This document shows positions 60,436 to 64,000 of a stretch of DNA of 64,000 nt, piece after piece; positions within the stretch are counted from its first letter, which is position 1; each line of letters starts with the position of its first letter. The DNA is from Bdellovibrionota bacterium (lineage in GTDB: Bacteria; Bdellovibrionota_C; UBA2361; JBIKUX01). The stretch is from the NCBI GenBank assembly GCA_044347345.1, contig JBIKUX010000003.1, positions 1 to 64,000 of the forward strand, in the 5' to 3' direction. Made by a program: the position numbers and the translations under genes. The notes beneath the pieces were generated by a model that saw only the letters and a list, made by a program, of their open reading frames with translations, was not told the origin of the DNA and did not search any database.

Positions 60436-62085
60436 TTATTCAGGATTATTCTTTAGAAGAATTTCAAGACGCCGTCCAAGAGCACTTCCGGCCTCCACTT
60501 CGTCACTTACAACCTCATCAACTCCAAGGGCGAGTAGCTGATCAATAAAAGATTGAAATCGAGCTCTGACAACAATTCTTGCGTGAGGTGCTACATGACG
60601 AACATGCTGTACTATTTGAGTACATGCACTATAACTGGGTAAAGTAATAATAACGACTTTTGTTGATTGAAGATTATGGTGTTCCCATACGCCAAAGTGA
60701 GTTGCGTCTGCTATTTCGGTGTGAAACCCCTCTTGCGTAGCTTCTGCTATATTATTTAAATTAAGATCAAAAATGAGAGTAGAATTTTTTTTGTGTTGTA
60801 AGGTTTTTCCTACTGAGCGGCCTGCTGGTCCATATCCTACAATAATTACTTCATGAACTTGATCGCGAATTGTTGTAGTGAGATCTTTCTTGATAATTGA
60901 ACTATTTTTTCGAAAAATTGTAGTAGCAATAAATTCACCAATTTTATCACTTTTTGCTATCAGAGAGGGGCTTACTAAGAGCGAACCTATAGTAAGAGAT
61001 ATAGCTAGTTGGTAGTCATCTTCAGTTAGAACTCCTCCATCATAGGCTATTTTACCGAGCACAAATGCAAATTCTCCAACTTGAGCAAGAACGAGCCCCG
61101 ATGAGAAAGCTGTTGCTGGTGGGTATCTTAGACCAGCAAGAATAATGGCGACTGCAATTGATTTAACGAGGATTAAAACAAATATTCCAAATAGAATTAT
61201 GAGAAGATGGCTTCCAATCCAGGAAGGGTCTGCCACCATTCCAGCTGAGCCAAAAAAAAGTGTAAGGAGAATAATGCGAAGAGAACTTATGTCGGCTCTT
61301 ATTTGAGTTGCAAATAATGAGCTACCTAAAAACATACCAGCGATAAAAGAGCCGAGAGCCGGTGAAAGACCCACTGAGTAAGCCCCAAAAGCAGAGCCGA
61401 GACCTGTAAGAATTGAGAGAAGTAGCGCAAGCTCTCTATTTTGGAGAAGAGTAAATTGCCCTAAAACTCTGACAGCAATTATATTAAGAGCAAGATACAA
61501 AACAGATGTAAGAAGAACTCCGTACCCAAGAACTATACCAAGAGTGGAAATAGCACTTATTAAATCACCTCCGTCTACGATAAGTTTCATTAGAATGGCA
61601 AGAGGCACTACAGCTAGATCCTGAACGAGTAGTATAGTAATGGCGTTGCGGCCAAAGAGAGAGTCAGTTTCAGCTCTATCAACTAATGTACGTAACACTA
61701 CTGCTGTGCTGCTTAAGCAGCCTAGGATGCCGCCGGTCAATGCTAGAGGTAAAGATGCTCCAAGCAGAAGTGCAACCAAGGTCAAAACGGTTAATGTACC
61801 GATAACTTGAAGTACTCCGGCTATTACCGGAAGTTTACCAAAAGATTTTATTCTTGCTACTGAAAACTCAAGACCAAGACTAAAGAGAAGAAGTGAAACA
61901 CCGAGCTCAGCTATAGCCTCAATTTCATGAGAGGCTGTAATGAGTCCAAAACTACCAGGCCCACCCAGAAACATTCCAGCAATAAGATAGCCTAGGATGG
62001 GGCTTTGTTTGAATCGAACACATATTCCACCAAGGATTAAGCAGCCGGTTAGTAATATGATTATTTGAAAGAGGTAGGACCACAT
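60436..62085 (-). CDS. CPA2 cation:proton antiporter with TrkA-N domain (Kef-like)
   Basis: AELGVSLLLFSLGLEFS, LSSTAVV, LLVQDL, LAQVGEFAFVL, IIVGYGPAG. Confidence 0.92.
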   Translation of the reverse strand: MWSYLFQIIILLTGCLILGGICVRFKQSPILGYLIAGMFLGGPGSFGLITASHEIEAIAELGVSLLLFSLGLEFSVARIKSFGKLPVIAGVLQVIGTLTVLTLVALLLGASLPLALTGGILGCLSSTAVVLRTLVDRAETDSLFGRNAITILLVQDLAVVPLAILMKLIVDGGDLISAISTLGIVLGYGVLLTSVLYLALNIIAVRVLGQFTLLQNRELALLLSILTGLGSAFGAYSVGLSPALGSFIAGMFLGSSLFATQIRADISSLRIILLTLFFGSAGMVADPSWIGSHLLIILFGIFVLILVKSIAVAIILAGLRYPPATAFSSGLVLAQVGEFAFVLGKIAYDGGVLTEDDYQLAISLTIGSLLVSPSLIAKSDKIGEFIATTIFRKNSSIIKKDLTTTIRDQVHEVIIVGYGPAGRSVGKTLQHKKNSTLIFDLNLNNIAEATQEGFHTEIADATHFGVWEHHNLQSTKVVIITLPSYSACTQIVQHVRHVAPHARIVVRARFQSFIDQLLALGVDEVVSDEVEAGSALGRRLEILLKNNPE

Positions 62086-62169
62086 GGTGCGAACCCCAGA
62101 AGGATCAGGTTATTAAGCAGTTAAAGTCTCACGCCTTTAGCTTATGAGCAAGTATCTTTGAGTTAAGTT

Positions 62170-63273
62170 TTAAGAAATTATTATCTTGGGAAATCTCATA
62201 CCAAATTCATTATCAAGAAATAAGGGTAAAGGGATATCTTCATTTTTTAGATATCCTTTCCTATCACCTAGTGCGCCGTTAAGAGTTATATCTAAAGCAG
62301 CACAGATGCTTGAAGCGGTGCAGACTTGGATAGCAGAAAAGTGTCTCTGGCCAATAAACTGATTGTATACTTTTGCGACATAAGATTTTTGCTTTAGTTT
62401 GTTATCTATTAATCCATCTACTTCAACAAAAATAACGCACACATCTTGATTGGTTGATGGAATAGTTTTTTCAAGTAGTTCTTTTAATAGAGGCCTGTTG
62501 TGATTAAGTTGAAGGTCTTCCATTAAAAATACCATAAGTGCATGGTGTCCATGGTAGCGAATCGATTTATAGTTTATATTTTGTACTTTATTTTCAAAGG
62601 TCTCACATAGACTCCCGATACCCCCGGAGGTATTAAAGGCTTCAAATGACTCCCCATCAATTGATAAGCTTTCATGACCCTCTAGGGGTAAAACTTTTTC
62701 GCGTCTACCGTCTCGAATTATCTCACACCAATTACCATACTCGTTTATAAGCCCATCAATTGACCAAGAAATATAATATTTAAGCCTATTTGATGGATAT
62801 AGTGGTAACGCCCCTACACGAATCTTTATTGACTCTACGCTATCAAAAAGTGAGGCAAGATAAGCAGCCGAAATACTGACAAAGCCAGGTGCAAGCCCAC
62901 ATTGCGGCATAACAATACTTGTTGCGTTAAGCGCATTAAGTCTTGTTGTTTCAGTTGATTTTACATCTTCGGTAAGATCAAAATAATGTACACCTCCACC
63001 AATTGCTGCTGATACAACATATTGGTTTAAATGAAACGGAAGCGCATTTAATACAGCAATATGATCTTTTAACAAATACCTTAACGACAATGTATCTGTC
63101 ACGTTACACGATTGACTAACGCAATTTGGAAAAAAAGAAGCGACTTTTTGAGCTAGAGATATATCTTGATCGCACACAGTAACGTTATATTTTCCAGATG
63201 AGGAAAGAAGAGCTGCTATAGCCTCACCAATATTACCGGCGCCAAGTAACAGTACTCTCTTTTTATCCGGCAT
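62170..63273 (-). CDS. Saccharopine dehydrogenase/lysine 6-dehydrogenase family
   Basis: LLGAGNIG, HYFDLTED, PQCGLAPG, WSIDGLINEY, EAFNTSGG. Confidence 0.9.
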   Translation of the reverse strand: MPDKKRVLLLGAGNIGEAIAALLSSSGKYNVTVCDQDISLAQKVASFFPNCVSQSCNVTDTLSLRYLLKDHIAVLNALPFHLNQYVVSAAIGGGVHYFDLTEDVKSTETTRLNALNATSIVMPQCGLAPGFVSISAAYLASLFDSVESIKIRVGALPLYPSNRLKYYISWSIDGLINEYGNWCEIIRDGRREKVLPLEGHESLSIDGESFEAFNTSGGIGSLCETFENKVQNINYKSIRYHGHHALMVFLMEDLQLNHNRPLLKELLEKTIPSTNQDVCVIFVEVDGLIDNKLKQKSYVAKVYNQFIGQRHFSAIQVCTASSICAALDITLNGALGDRKGYLKNEDIPLPLFLDNEFGMRFPKIIIS

Positions 63274-63421
63274 ACAAAGCTACCCATTTGAAATATAAAA
63301 AAATCCTACATTCTTTTGATGTAATGAAAGTAGAGTAAAGATGCAAAAGTATTCCAATGGCATCGTATTTGCAGCTTATAACCTGTTTTAAAACGGGTCA
63401 CATTATAAATTACTATTGATA

Positions 63422-64000
63422 ATGAATGATTTAGAGTCTGTGGTGCCACATAACTTTCGTCAAAACTCTGACAGCTTTCTTCTTCGGGACTTTAATCCAA
63501 TTAAAGAGACAAACCGAATTGAGAAAGGTTGGATTATTGGTGTTGCTACAATATCGCTCTTATTTGCTACAATGGTATTCGTTGGAGGGTCCGTAAATCA
63601 GCTTGTTCATATACCAAGTCTGTGCTTTATAGTTATTGGCACATGTGCTTCTGTATTACTCCAATGCGGTCTTAATCCATTCGAAAAGGCATTAAGACTT
63701 GCAGCGACTGCTTTTTTTGATAGACCAGATGAAGTATCAAACAGAATTGATTGGTTAGTTGAAGTTGCTACTACAGTTCGTAAGGAAGGGAGATTGATTG
63801 CTGAGCAGTTGCGAACTGAGGTAGACGATACTACTTTAAGAGCTGGTTTAGAGGGAATAGCAGATGGAATATCAGAAGAAACACTGAGAAGAAATCTGAG
63901 TCGATTTTATGAGAATAGGTTGACTATCCTTCAAGAAGGAACAACTGTCTTTGAAACATTTGCCCTGTATGCTCCTGCTTTTGGATTGATCGGTACAGTT
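63422..64000 (+). CDS. motA: Flagellar stator MotA/PomA, 5' part (runs off the right edge)
   Basis: Translated by hand: IPSLCFIVIGT, VRKEGRL..E, LRAGLEGIADG, YAPAFGLIGTV. Confidence 0.85.
   Translation, partial: MNDLESVVPHNFRQNSDSFLLRDFNPIKETNRIEKGWIIGVATISLLFATMVFVGGSVNQLVHIPSLCFIVIGTCASVLLQCGLNPFEKALRLAATAFFDRPDEVSNRIDWLVEVATTVRKEGRLIAEQLRTEVDDTTLRAGLEGIADGISEETLRRNLSRFYENRLTILQEGTTVFETFALYAPAFGLIGTV

Overview
Chromosomal window from an AT-rich, probably Gram-negative, flagellated bacterium; the lineage cannot be fixed from sequence alone. Left arm (1-17.5 kb): housekeeping genes asd, prfC, htpX, pheA, argH, an archaeal/actinobacterial-type valS, an aldo-keto reductase, MgtC, a TPR protein and an Rpn-like PD-(D/E)XK protein. 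Middle (about 20-40 kb): a visibly more GC-rich, heavily decayed accessory island. It holds four AAA-ATPase/DUF4143 genes (two intact, two broken), an intact HipBA-type toxin-antitoxin pair, PhzF and a GT-A glycosyltransferase. Between these lie short fragments of unrelated genes (class A beta-lactamase, AlbA_2, ISAs1 and IS91-like transposases, DUF499-like, DUF6876-like, bioB). A candidate structured ncRNA sits at the island's right edge. Right arm: a Wza/Wzc-type exopolysaccharide cluster, a decayed nucleotidyltransferase plus tandem prolyl-4-hydroxylase operon, csrA-fliW, a glycerate kinase, ispG, a flagellin pseudogene with FG-GAP repeats, a CPA2 antiporter, a saccharopine dehydrogenase and the start of motA. 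Most notable: three orphan genes whose start codon is out of frame by exactly one unit of a simple sequence repeat (candidate phase variation), the orphan RNA, the FG-GAP flagellin and the fragment mosaic. No tRNA, rRNA or CRISPR array was seen. All family calls are motif recognition by eye, not database searches.
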